DNA of 62,378 nt, counting the filler, from Choristocarpus tenellus KU-1152 (taxonomy: Eukaryota; Protista; Phaeophyceae), in the NCBI GenBank assembly GCA_964200185.2. It is 9 parts of 9 records of this genome, joined end to end, with 100 filler letters (N's around TTAATTAATTAA, not from the genome) between each part and the next. Parts side by side here need not be neighbours in the genome. Positions count along the whole stretch, not along the records: positions 38,576 to 47,810 come from CAXNAD020003854.1; positions 47,911 to 52,175 come from CAXNAD020015402.1; 7 more parts are not named here. One strand, written 5' to 3'. Below are positions 39,178 to 50,800 of the stretch, in pieces. The translations under genes and the position numbers were made by a program. The notes beneath the pieces are model-generated. The model had not been told where the DNA came from. It did not search any database and saw only the letters and a program-made list of their open reading frames with translations. Each line of letters starts with the position of its first letter. Within the stretch, counting starts at the first letter, position 1.

Positions 39178-42100
39178 GCTTCCCGCGGACGAGGGAACAG
39201 GTGACTCTGTTGAGGAAAGAAAACATGGTACCTGATTGCGTGGTTGTACTGGAGAGGCCAGACGAGCTAGTCAGGGAGTTCAGCTTGGGGAGGTGCATGG
39301 ATTCAATGACAGGAATCATCTATCACCCAAAGGTACACACGATGAATCCCTATCCCTAACGTATTATTTTTTTCCTACATCAAACCTTACTTTTTTCTTT
39401 TTTTTTGTGCTATCTGTTTTCGCACGAGTTACGTAGCATGGTCAGGGTCGTCTGGGCCATGGCTCTGGGCCGGTTCTGTGGCCGTGGTGGGTGGAACAGG
39501 AGTGGTGGCTACAGGTCGGCTGTGTTGGAATATTTTGTTGGTGGGTTGGGCCGTATTTGTTTAGGGTTAGGGTTGAAATTTTTTTTGGAGCAGTGAAGTG
39601 AATAATTTTTATTTTCTGCTTGACCGGCCCAGTCGATAGTTTTCAATTGATCTCTTAAGAGTGTTTTGATTCAAATATTTATATTTATATTCATGCTTAT
39701 ATTTATTTATGTTCATATATTTATATTTATATATTTATATTCATGCACCTTTTATGTGGTTAGGGTTGGGGAAAGGGTTGAATTTTATTTATTAAGTATG
39801 GTTTCACAAGCTATATTTATTTTTAAAAAGTGAGTCCTATGTACTCCAAAGAGGTCTTAAGTGATCTATGTTTTTTTCACTAACTTTCCCCCCTCCTCCC
39901 CACCTGCCCGTCTCCAATGTAAAAATTGCAATACCTGTGTTTGCTGATGTGTGTGTTTGCTTGTTGTGTCTTGATGTTAGTAGTTTGCACCCCCTCCTCC
40001 AGAAGTAAGGTCTCGCCTAGTGTGGAGGACAGATGACACCAGGGAAGTGATTGAAAAACGCCTCAAGCATGTGAGACTGGCTCTATTTTTATTATTTTTC
40101 ATTTTGAGGAAAAATGTTTCCTATAAAAAAAAGGTGTACCGGTGTGCCAAAACTACTCCGATACCTGTAGTACTCTAGACAAGAATGTACCAAGTACCAA
40201 GTACCAAGTACCAAGTGCCAAGTACCAAGTACCAAGTGCCAAGTACCAAGTACCAAGTGCCAAGTGCCAAGTGCCAAGTGCCAAGTGCCAAATACCAAAT
40301 ACCAAGTATCAAGTATCAAGAACCAAGTACCAAGTACCAAGTGCCAAGTACCAAGTACCAAGTACCAAGTGCCAAGTACCAAGTACCAAGTACTAAGTGC
40401 CAAATACCAAATACCAAGTATCAAGTACCAAGTACCAAGTGCCAAGTACCAAGTACCAAGTACCAAGTACCAAGTACCAAGTGCCAAGTGCCAAGTGCCA
40501 AGTACTAAGTATTAATTTGTTATCCATATATTATTTTTATTATCTTATAGTATGCGGTAGCACTGTGATTTTTCTTAGTCCAAGACCACTTCTACGTCCC
40601 AGTTGGACCAATAGCACCTGATGATTGGTCAGATCACTCTCTTGCACCTTATGATTAGTCAGGACATTTTATTCAACATTTTATTTTTATTTAGTGGAGT
40701 TGTATTTGCTATTTAGGATACTGTAATTGAAGTAATATTGGGTTAGGGCTAGACTTGTTTTTTTTTTCAGTAAGGATGCAGAGGCATCTCATGAAAAGAT
40801 ATATTGTTATTATGATGGTTGCAAATAACATGTCCTGCCCATACACTGGTAATGAGTACTGACATAACTTCAACTCAACCTTGGGGTTAGGGTTAGGGTT
40901 AGGGTTAGCAAGAGGTCAGTCAATCTCGTGTTATGCGCCTGTGCAGTGTGCAGATGGAACCTTCCTAGAACATTCTTTACGATCCTCACAAGTAGTACAA
41001 ATAGTTAAATTGAACTTTGAGTTATGCCCCTAGCCCTTCACCAGTTTTCTTATATTTTCATATATATATGTATCATGTTTCTACTTTGTCGCGATGGTGT
41101 TTTGACAGAGTACTCTAATTTTATATCATTGTTCCAAAGTGTCTGCTTAGGGTATACCGAAGTGTCTCGAAGAGGGTACAGTTTGGTCTACTTAAGGCAC
41201 TGGAGCACTTTGTATATATATTATAGTCAAACTGGACATGGTTTGGGCCGTTCCAAACTCCAGCAGTTGTTTGCCAAAAACTACCAAAATTTCTGTTTTT
41301 TCCAGCATTTATTAGGAACATACAGGCCTTCATTAAAAAATCTCGGAAAAGTTGAATATTTTGTTATTTTTTTCTGTTATTTCACTATTTAATAGGAACG
41401 GGTTAGGAACAGGCCTTGATTGATACTATTGATATTATTGATAATGTTGATACTATTGATACTATTGGTAGTGTTGATACTATTAGAAAAGGAATGGATG
41501 TTTTGGAAAGCTTTGGCATGAAATCATTGTGGTTGGGAATGGGCTCAAGTGTGTGTCACAAATTAGGTAGGGCATTGCAGTGCTATTGAATATGTTAGTT
41601 GAAGTGTTGTTAAATGAATGATTGAATATGTGGATTGAAGTAATATTAAATGAGTTGATGAATATTTTAATTGAAGTGTTACTAAATAGGTCATTGAATA
41701 TGTTAATTGAAGTCTTATTGAACATGTTATTGATGTATTATTAAATATGTTGATAATCCTTGTGGTATTAACAGCCTTAATAATTAGTAACTTTATAGGG
41801 TTAGGGTTAAGGTATGGAAGTGCTCCAGTGTTAGTTGCCAGAGGGAAATTTGAATCACCGTTTTTTTTTAATACATTTGCATGTATGAGAGCTGTTGTGA
41901 AGTACAAACTGCAAAATTACAAACATGACCGTTTCAGATGTAAAAAAGCTGAGACTAAAACCTTTAAATATTTTTTTGGGAGAGTGATTTTCCATCCACA
42001 AGCTGATCGCCGCTGTGATCTAGAATTTACTTTTTATTCTGCATGATAGTTTTTTTGTTGTTGAGTGTACTGATGGTGATACAAACGCCTGTGACAAAGT

Positions 42101-45100
42101 ACTAACTATTAACTATTGGTTTTCCTTTTAACCTGCTTTTGAAGGGATTGACCAGAAGCAGGTTAAAAGGAAAACCTTTTTTTTTGTTAAGGTTCACACA
42201 GGTACAGAGTCCATTCCGAGAAACTCATCCCCTCTGAATATGGGCCTCCCAAAGAGGTGTACTTGAGCGGTTGTCTTGGTAACTCAGAAGTGAGAGAATA
42301 ATTGTTAATTAAAATATATGTTAAATAGAATAATGGTTAATTAGAACTTTTGTTGAATGGAACAATGGTTAATTAGAACTTTTGTTAAATAGAATAATGG
42401 TTAATTAGAATATTTGTTGAATGGAACAATGGTTAATTAGAGCATTTGTTAAATAGAACAATGGTTAATTAGAATATATGTTGAATGGAACAATGGTTAA
42501 TTAGAATATTTGCTAAAAATAGAACAGTGGTTAATTAGAATATTTGTTAAATAGAATAATGATCAATTAGAATATTTGTTTTGTAGAATAATGGTCAATT
42601 AGATTATTTTTTTTAGTAGAATGATGGTTAAATAGGTGTACTGTGGGGGTGGCCACTTCAAGTTGGTACGGAATGCTTGGAGGTTGTGTGTTCGTTCAAG
42701 TACTGTGCCAGTCGTTCACAACAAAAGCACCAAATGTTTGAAATATTTGTGGGAATATTACCAGCATCAATCATAAATGCAATGACATATTTAGTGATGT
42801 GTGATATTGGGGATGAGATTTTAGGACTATGGATCGGAAACATCTCGCTGACCCTGATTATGATAGTGCTCTATTGGTTCCCCCCATGAATGATTGCAAT
42901 TGTCTGTTTATCAATGATGGGTTAGGGTTAGGGTTAGGGTTAGGGTTTGAGCGCCCCTGATTTGTTGGTGTATCCTTCACATCTCGCGTCTCTCCCTAAC
43001 CCTATACGTGCAATCGATTTTCACTCCAGTTTATTATTACCATTATAACACTCTGTTACATATATAACCCTAACCCTGAAGTACAATTCCATCCCCGGCC
43101 CTAACCCTAACCCCAACCCCAACCCCAACCCCAACCTCAACCCCAACCCCAACCCTAACCTTGATCTTGATCTTGATCTCAAAAGTACAACGAGACAATG
43201 GGGGACCTGTTGAAGGAGTATGATGGAGTGCCTTGCAAGGTAGTTGACTCTTCCAAGAGCGACATGGAGACCTTCAACAACATCTGTGATTTCATAGAAG
43301 GCGTTGCCAATGAGAAGCTTGATCGACTGGGAGAGGGATGGAGGGAGTCTCTGCAAGACTTGGTGAGAGCGTGCAGAATTGAGAAATTGGATAGTAAACG
43401 GCGCGTTACACCTGAGAAATTGGTGTTCTAACGAGACCCTAACATCTTTCGTCAGTTCTTGAATTCGAATCTGAAAGAAATGGTCCCAACCTGATAACGT
43501 GCTCCTAATCCTATCCTTGACATCAAATGACATCAAATGAAGTGCCAAATAGCGCTAATGCCGACACAATAGATGTAAAAACCCCAACTGATCTGGCCTT
43601 GACAGTATCCTTCAAGAATCAATCTCTTTCCAGGGCCGTTTCACGTGGTCGGCTACTGAGGTTAGGGTTAGGGTTAGATGTGGAGAGAGATTGATTGGTT
43701 GGTATGTCGGTATGACATGGTGATGATAACTTCTGTTGATGGTATAACCCTAAACACACTATACCATCGGAGTTTTCTATCACAGTGCAGTACAGTAGTC
43801 ATATGTCGCACTGCAGAGTGAACTCCAACTTAGGGTTAGGGTATACTATTTTCATCCCCAACCCAGGTGGTCGATTCCCATGTGATTAGGGTTAGGGTTA
43901 GGGTTAGGGTTAGGGTTCAGGGTAAGTTTATGTTTTTGAACCCTATGCGACTGATGAGCATGTGTGCTCTCTGCCTGATGGTTGAACTCTTTTTGGTGAT
44001 GTTTGAACTCTTTCTTGGCTTTTTGGCGTTAAGGGCGACGAAAGGATGTCCGACGTGGCTGAGCTCTCGGAGGAGGAGGAAAACAACGGAGACTTGTCAC
44101 CAACACTACTTGCTGCAGCACGCCGGTGCAATCGATTCAAGATGAGAGACTACTTGCCAGTGTTTGTTAACAACACAAAGGTTAGGGTTAGGGTTAGGGT
44201 TAGGGTTAGGGTTTGGGTTAGGGTTAAGGGTCTAATCACAGACGTGTAGAGTACAGTGGTAGTGGACTGGTGTCTGTCTGTCAGTTTGTAAGTGAGAACA
44301 TTTGTGAAACTGCCTGTAGGACTTGGTGTATCTCAGTTGAGTGTGCGTATCAGTATTTATTTATTATTATTTATTTATTATTATTTATTTATTATTAATG
44401 AATTGTTTAGTGTATTGTTAATGTACTATGCTACACCAAGAGGGAGATTCATAAACTACATCTGTATGCTACATACTATATACTGAGTATGTAAGTGTAC
44501 ACACTACATGTGTATACTACATACTATATATTGAGTGCGTAAGGGTACACACATCTGTATGCTACATACTATATATTGAGTATAGAAGTGTACACACTAC
44601 ATACGTATGCTACACACTATACATATGCTACATGAGTGAGAGTTATCTTATTAAGAGAGGGTACGAGTCTTGCCCCTGTTTGTCTATTTGGGGCCTGTCT
44701 TCCCATGTTTTTTTTAAGAATGACATTTTACCTATTCCTAAGTGTTCCGGAGTATGTAAAGTGTATACGTTATGAATAGGTGTGTCTGGAACAAGGGTAT
44801 TGACACTTCCTAACAAACACGATAGTCAAAATTACATCAAAATTACATCAAAATTACATCAAAATCGCTACATTGCTTTTTGGCCCCCAAATGGACGCGG
44901 CTCTATCGTCTAAGATGATTTGACTCACATACTATATGTAGGTGTACACACTATATATATGAAATATATGTCTACATACTATACATATATACAAGATATA
45001 AAGGTGTAAATTTACACTTGTTGATGCTTTTTTCAAAATAAGCACTTGATACCATTTTATAGGAAAACTAGTTTCGAGGTGTTGTGATTCAAAAGGTTAA

Positions 45101-46133
45101 ACTAATGAATACTATTTTAGTATTATTATATCTACTATATTATTAGTTTGATTCAATCCAACCAAAGTGCAGCAAAAAAAAGCCTACCCCCTTTAGGTAG
45201 AGCGGGGTCCACTGGAGGCGCGATTTTCTTTTTTTTTCAACTGGTTTTTGTGTTCTTTGACTTTATCCACCTCTATGATCACCATCTTGATCATCCTTTT
45301 CCACCTCTATGACATCTGAGACAGATGTTACCTGTGATATTGACAATACTTTGCTCAGGAGATGTTGAAGAGTATGTGGGTATGGTGCTGTGGAGAGCTA
45401 TTTTTTTGCTGTTTTTTTTTTCTTTTTTGTATGAAGTATTAACTATTTTTTTTCTTTTTTGTATGAAATATTAACTTTTTTTTTCTTTTTGTATGAAATA
45501 TTAACCATTTTTTGTTTTTTTTGTATGAAGTATTAACTATTTTTGTTTTTTTTGTATGATTTGAAAACTAAACTAGAATTGCTTGTTTTCTCATTGGGTC
45601 AACTTAACATGTGGGATTATTGCATTGGTGAAAATGACTTGTGTGTGTTTTTGCCCTACTTTAGTAATAGTAATATCATGCAGTACTTTGGTGCAGCAAA
45701 GTAGAAAGAAACTATTTTTTCTTATTTTTGGGGGGTTTAGCACCACGATAAAGGTCTCAAGAGAAACTGTTTATGGTATTTTTCAGGGTATACCTTGTAC
45801 CGGCATTGATTAACTTGCAGATAATCATGTAAAGAGAATTTCATTACAACCGATAGCGAGGACACTCCTCACTCCCTAAGAGGTTAAATAACCTAAAGGT
45901 TAAATATAAATAACGCACTACTCTGCCGTCATGTACCACCCCCCCAACCCCTCATTAACTCTTTGGTTAGCAGAAGTGTGGGTTTTCGATACTTTTTCGT
46001 CGATTAATTTCAAGAAGATATTCAAGTGACCAACAAAACATTTTTTGTGCGTTATTTGTTAAGAAATAGTTAAGTACGACAATACTCTGCTAAGGCTGCA
46101 CTACTGCATCGGTTGTTTAAACCAATTTTTATT

Positions 46134-46179
<46 letters not shown>

Positions 46180-46454
46180 CCTCTGCAATTGTTGGCACGA
46201 CTCCATCTTACTTCCAGGTGGGCTTTGTGTCCAAGTCCTTCTCGGCTGAGCTCACCCCTTTCTTGGGCACCTCAGTGGAAATTGTTAACAACATACCCGG
46301 AGCCGGATTGGATGGCGTGGGGGAGGGGACTGGGGTCATCCTAGCTCCGTATGCTGTAGGGTTAGAGCAGGCCAACCGACACCTGATCAGCCTGGTGGAA
46401 GGACTCGTTGAGTTGGGGGCTATTCCTAAGCAGGCGTTACGTGGAGAGTTCCAG
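39178..46454 (+). CDS. Partial multi-exon gene: adenylate kinase domain followed by a DUF4743/Nudix-associated N-terminal domain (5' and 3' parts outside the contig)
   Basis: Exons 39178-39332, 39984-40070, 43186-43362, 44034-44180 and 46218-46454 splice in phase with AG acceptors and GT donors (last donor GC, or GT 4 nt later). Translation: GFPRTREQ...PDCVVVLERPDELVREFSLGRCMDSMTGIIYHPK/FAPPPPEVRSRLVWRTDDTREVIEKRLKH/YNETMGDLLKEY...(AdK motifs GFPRT, GRxxDxxTGxIYH, RxDD) then ARRCNRFKMRDYLPVFVNNTK/VGFVSKSFSAELTPF...LVELGAIPKQALRGEFQ (DUF4743-like). Confidence 0.85.
40187..40511. repeat. Heptamer satellite (CCAAGTA/CCAAGTG), intronic
   Basis: About 46 tandem 7-mers; produces spurious STKYQVP / LGTWY ORFs. 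Confidence 0.97.
42118..42176. other. Perfect 21-bp inverted repeat (hairpin) in an intron
   Basis: GGTTTTCCTTTTAACCTGCTT (42118-42138) and AAGCAGGTTAAAAGGAAAACC (42156-42176). Confidence 0.9.
42300..42632. repeat. 32-bp AT-rich minisatellite x~10, intronic
   Basis: AATGGTTAATTAGA recurs at 42332, 42364, 42396, 42428 and onward. Confidence 0.92.
44181..44230 (+). repeat. Interstitial telomere-like (TTAGGG)n tract
   Basis: GTTAGG x~8; similar tracts at ~36437-36461, 38683-38790 (CCCTAA), 40884-40908, 42919-42946, 43066-43160 (CCCTAA/CCCCAA), 43660-43677, 43886-43920. Confidence 0.92.
44455..44633. repeat. Degenerate ~45-bp tandem repeat, continuing after the MITE at 44927
   Basis: TATGCTACATACTATATA(C/T)TGAGT...GTACACAC repeated. 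Confidence 0.75.
44634..44926 (-). mobile_element. MITE family A copy (reverse orientation) in an intron of the AdK-Nudix gene
   Basis: Reverse complement of the family consensus; TSD ACAT; internal triplication of CAAAATTACAT. Confidence 0.88.
45405..45560. repeat. T-rich ~34-bp tandem repeat
   Basis: TTTTTTGTATGAA(G/A)TATTAAC x4-5. Confidence 0.85.
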
Positions 46455-47304
46455 GCAGGTTTCTCCTAGATTTTTTTTGGATTTTTTTTTTTTTTTTTTT
46501 TTGGGGGGGGGGGGGGTGGGTTTTTTTGTTTTTTTTTTTTTGGTTTTTTGATTTTTGGTGGGGGGGGGGTGGGTTTTGGACAGCTCTAGAGCGCTCTATA
46601 GAGGCTCTGGGGCGCTCCGCTGCTCATGTCGAGCTGTTTTTGTTTTGTTTTTGATTTGGGGGGTTTGTTAGGAATTGGTCGTTAGGAATTGGTTGGAGAT
46701 GATTGGGCAGTGGGTTCATGGAGTAGGTTGAGCCCACCATAGGAAGCTGTAGTAGGTTCTGTTGTCTGATTGGTTGTGGTGTTTTGTTTGTGATGACAGC
46801 AATCGATTTATTTGACAAGGTTGGATATGCTTTGGTAGGCCCTAGAGTGCTCTGTAGTGCCACAGTTATGGTACTGTATCGAATGACTGGCACATGGCAT
46901 CATCAGATACCGTCATTGTGGTGTACTATGAATAATATTGACTAATTGTAGTGGTTTGAACTGGAATTGTGCATTTAAAAAGGTGAGACTAGTTGTTATT
47001 GATAGCATTTTATTATTATTATTTCTATTATATATTTTTTATTATGTTGCTGTTCATCTATCCACAAGGACCATGACAGGAAGAGTTGTATTTGTGTAAC
47101 ACCCTTGTGTCGGACCACTCATGTCAACATACACTATCCATCATAAACCATCTATCTGTCCTGTCAATAATTCCATGGTAAGGGTTAGGGTTATGTGTAT
47201 GACTATTTCGTAGTATTGTTGATATAATACCATTTATGTGATTTCCTTCATATATATACACATATTCTTCAATGTATGTTTTACTACAAACATATAATCA
47301 TTAC

Positions 47305-47810
47305 TTTTGATTTGCCTATCTTTAGTCTTGATTTGTCTATCATTCTTGTTGATGTACCTAAATTTGTCTTGATTTGCCTTCATTAGTCTTGATTTGCCTA
47401 TCATTAGTCTTGATTTGCCTATCATTTTTGTTGATGTACCTAAATTTGTCTTGATTTGCCTTCATTAGTCTTGATTTGCCTATCATTAGTCTTGGTTTGC
47501 CTATCATTTTCGTTGATTTGCCTATCATTAGTCTTGATTTGCCTATCATTAGTCTTGATTTGTCTATCATTCTTGTTGATGTACCTAAATTTGTCTTGAT
47601 TTGCCTTCATTAGTCTTGATTTGCCTATCATTAGTCTTGATTTGTCTATCATTCTTGTTGATGTACCTAATTTTGTCTTGATTTGCCTATCATTTTCGTT
47701 GATTTGCCTATCATTAGTCTTGATTTGCCTATCATTAGTCTTGATTTGTCTATCATTCTTGTTGATGTACCTAAATTTGTCTTGATTTGCCTATCATTTT
47801 TGTTGATTTG
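47305..47810. repeat. ~21-bp satellite with higher-order structure, runs into contig end
   Basis: CTTGATTTGCCTATCATTAGT variants interleaved with TTGTTGATGTACCTAAATTTGT. Confidence 0.93.
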
Positions 47811-50800
47811 NNNNNNNNNNNNNNNNNNNNNNNNNNNNNNNNNNNNNNNNNNNNTTAATTAATTAANNNNNNNNNNNNNNNNNNNNNNNNNNNNNNNNNN
47901 NNNNNNNNNNCCAGTCAATTTTGGGTCAAGCCCATCCTCAATGAAAAGCTCCATCCTCAATTTTTGAAATCGGCTGTTAAATGTGGAACCGCCATGTATC
48001 CGTTATGGTAACAGTGTTCTGATGTACCTGTGTATGTACCCATTGACAACTTGCGTATTGAAGTAGTAATGTTGGAACTGGCGGAATTCACTCGCTTACC
48101 TTAGGATGTTAACTAGGAGCATTTTATTCCGTTATAGTTTCTTTGATGATGCCAACTACTCTGGAGTACTAATGTGTGTATCTCTCTGGTAACCAATCTA
48201 TGCACTAGTGGTACACGCAGTAGTAGACCAGGAAGTATATCTGATTCCGCAATTTATTTTTTCCCACACTTCGATACCATCCCACCTCGGATGAAGCGAC
48301 TCACGCGCAAGCGGTACCCCAAGCAACGAAGAGGTGCGAAACAGGACAAATATTCTTATTGTTTTTCGCTTTCCTTAGAGTTGCATTTTGACTTCGAAGT
48401 ATACCGAATTTATAAGGGCAGGGGTGGAATGGCGTGGAGTAATGTTGGCGGGGCGACAGGGAATTACGAACGATTGGGGGCACTCGATGAAGGTATGTAG
48501 GCACATGGAAACTGGAGTAGTAAGTAATGTGCTGCCATTGCAGAACCGTTATGGTAACTAGAGATAAGGTGTGTACCACGCTGTTGCTGAGATCAATTTG
48601 GCATTTAACCACTTCAAGCATTTTTGCCACGGAGTACAATACCACTGCAAACTAGTACACGAATAAAGGTATAAATAAAACATATCATGTGCCTTCTCCT
48701 GAACTCGGTATCCCAAAGTAGTGTGTAGATATCAATATCTACTTCATTCCAGGTGCATCTATCTTCATTGTTGTTCGGCAGAATGTCGCGCTCTCCTCGA
48801 AATAGTGACCTCTCAGCGAAGAAAATTAACTGTATTTTTACTCAATGTACGCGACGGCTATTATGTATATTAGACAACATTTTATATATTTCATGAAGAT
48901 AGTTGTGAAAAGGCGAATATTTGTATTCCCTCAACAACAACTGCCCTTCCTACAATAATATTATTCTAGTATTACGCCCTACTAATACGGTCTACCTCCA
49001 TATAACGAATATGCGGGCTGGGACAGGAGCAAATGAAGCCCAACAATAATTACGCGAGATGCTAAATGCACAACGTCACCCCCAATGCCATACACATCAC
49101 ATACACTTCTATCAATCTGTGCTCACCAAACCTGTGCGTGTAAGTATGTATATGTTTGTGTTTCTACAGTTGATGACCCCATCTTTAGTTGGAGGCAAAT
49201 CTCCGATATATCGGGGGGAAAAAAGCAGTCCGACACAAACTAGAACTCTTGTCTCAAGTTCTCTCTGTGGGGGCTACTATCCGCCCACAAGATCAAAATA
49301 ACCATGCTGATCCCAGACTTTAGCCATAGAGCTTTCGTTGATAAAGCCACTACCACAGACCCAAACAGTGACAAGAAGCAAGGTAAAACATAATTTTCTT
49401 GTCCTTCTTTGTTTCTAGCTTCAATTCGGATACAGATCTCTGCCATTATACTTCAATGTGCAAGAGGTAGTTAGTTGTGAAACGGGTGGTGCATTATGTA
49501 CTATACATTTGCACAATTCTGAAGTCAAACATCTCCTCCTCCTCCCCCTGACCCTCACAAAAATGCATCTCTGACAACATTCAGCAAGGCATAGCAAACT
49601 CCCTGAGCAATCACCAAGGGGTCAGCCAGGCACCACCCTGCACCCACTACTGTGCTCATCATGCCTGATCTACTACTGTACATTACATCAGTGCCTCCCC
49701 TCTTCCCCCCCCCCCCCCCCCCCTCCCCTCCCCCCTCCCCATTGTTTCGTCTTAGAGCACGAGATGACAAGTCTCCCCACACAAAGTATACTTCACAACA
49801 GGTTCACTTCGCTTTTACTTATCACGCTCCTCTCCCTCCTGCCGTTGGCTATTTTCTATTTTCGACTAAGTCTACCTTCCTTCAGCACCTGTTGGGGCAA
49901 ACAACACGGCCACAAACCAAGGGGAAGATGGGGGCATTAAGTTACTGATGCAACAACACGGCGCGAGGGATGCAATGTACCAGCAATACAGATAATTGGG
50001 AAAAAACCTAAATGAGTTACTATATAAATCGCACTCGCAGATACCAACGACACATAGATACAGAATAAATAAATAACAAAATCTACTCAAGGTGAATCGA
50101 ATTCTATACCTCTCTATATACCTTCAAAGATACATCTCGATCTAAACAAAACTGTGCATTCAGAGCACGCTCACATTCTCTTTCAGTGTGTGTTCAAAAC
50201 AAACACCGAACCATTACACCACGATCATCCTGTCATGACAACGTCGATGAGCAGCCCAGTGTAATCACAACTCGAGAAGAATGGATATATGTTATCTATA
50301 TACTTAATGCCAGGCAGTCCTTTAGTTGGTGGGTACACACACAAAAAAGGACATAGACAGTACATACACACCCCAATCTCGATTGGCATTTCGACAAAGC
50401 TTATTTGCATAAGGAGATGATCTTGAAAGTACTGTACGCACTAAACGTTGCTATCGGAATGCTCAACAAAGTTGAGCTTGCCGAATTTCAGCCGTTGTTC
50501 GATCCTACCCAGCACGCCTTCCATGAGGAATGCGAGCATCACCACCTCACACACACACACGATTGTCTTGTGATAAAGAAGAGTTGCTTAGATCAAGCGA
50601 TACCCACTACTTCATGGAAGGCTATTTGCAGGACTTTTCACTCATCCAGAAGTCATAAACAGACTGACTGACAGGCAAGAGGCAACAGTCCAGTCCGGTT
50701 GAAATCTCTGACGGCCCTTGCACAAAAAACGAATTTGATCAAACACCCCCTCCAGCCATAGCGTGTTAGGTCAGGTCAACCCCCAAATCGTCCCAAATAC

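Noticed and set aside
40092-40621. Long ORFs on both strands (STKYQVP / LGTWY repeats)
   Set aside because: Translation of a 7-bp satellite inside an intron
43021-43548. 175-aa minus-strand ORF
   Set aside because: Antisense shadow of exon 3 plus a CCCCAA repeat (LGLGLG)
47234-47652. MIGKSRL / NDRQIKT repeat ORFs
   Set aside because: Translation of the 21-bp satellite
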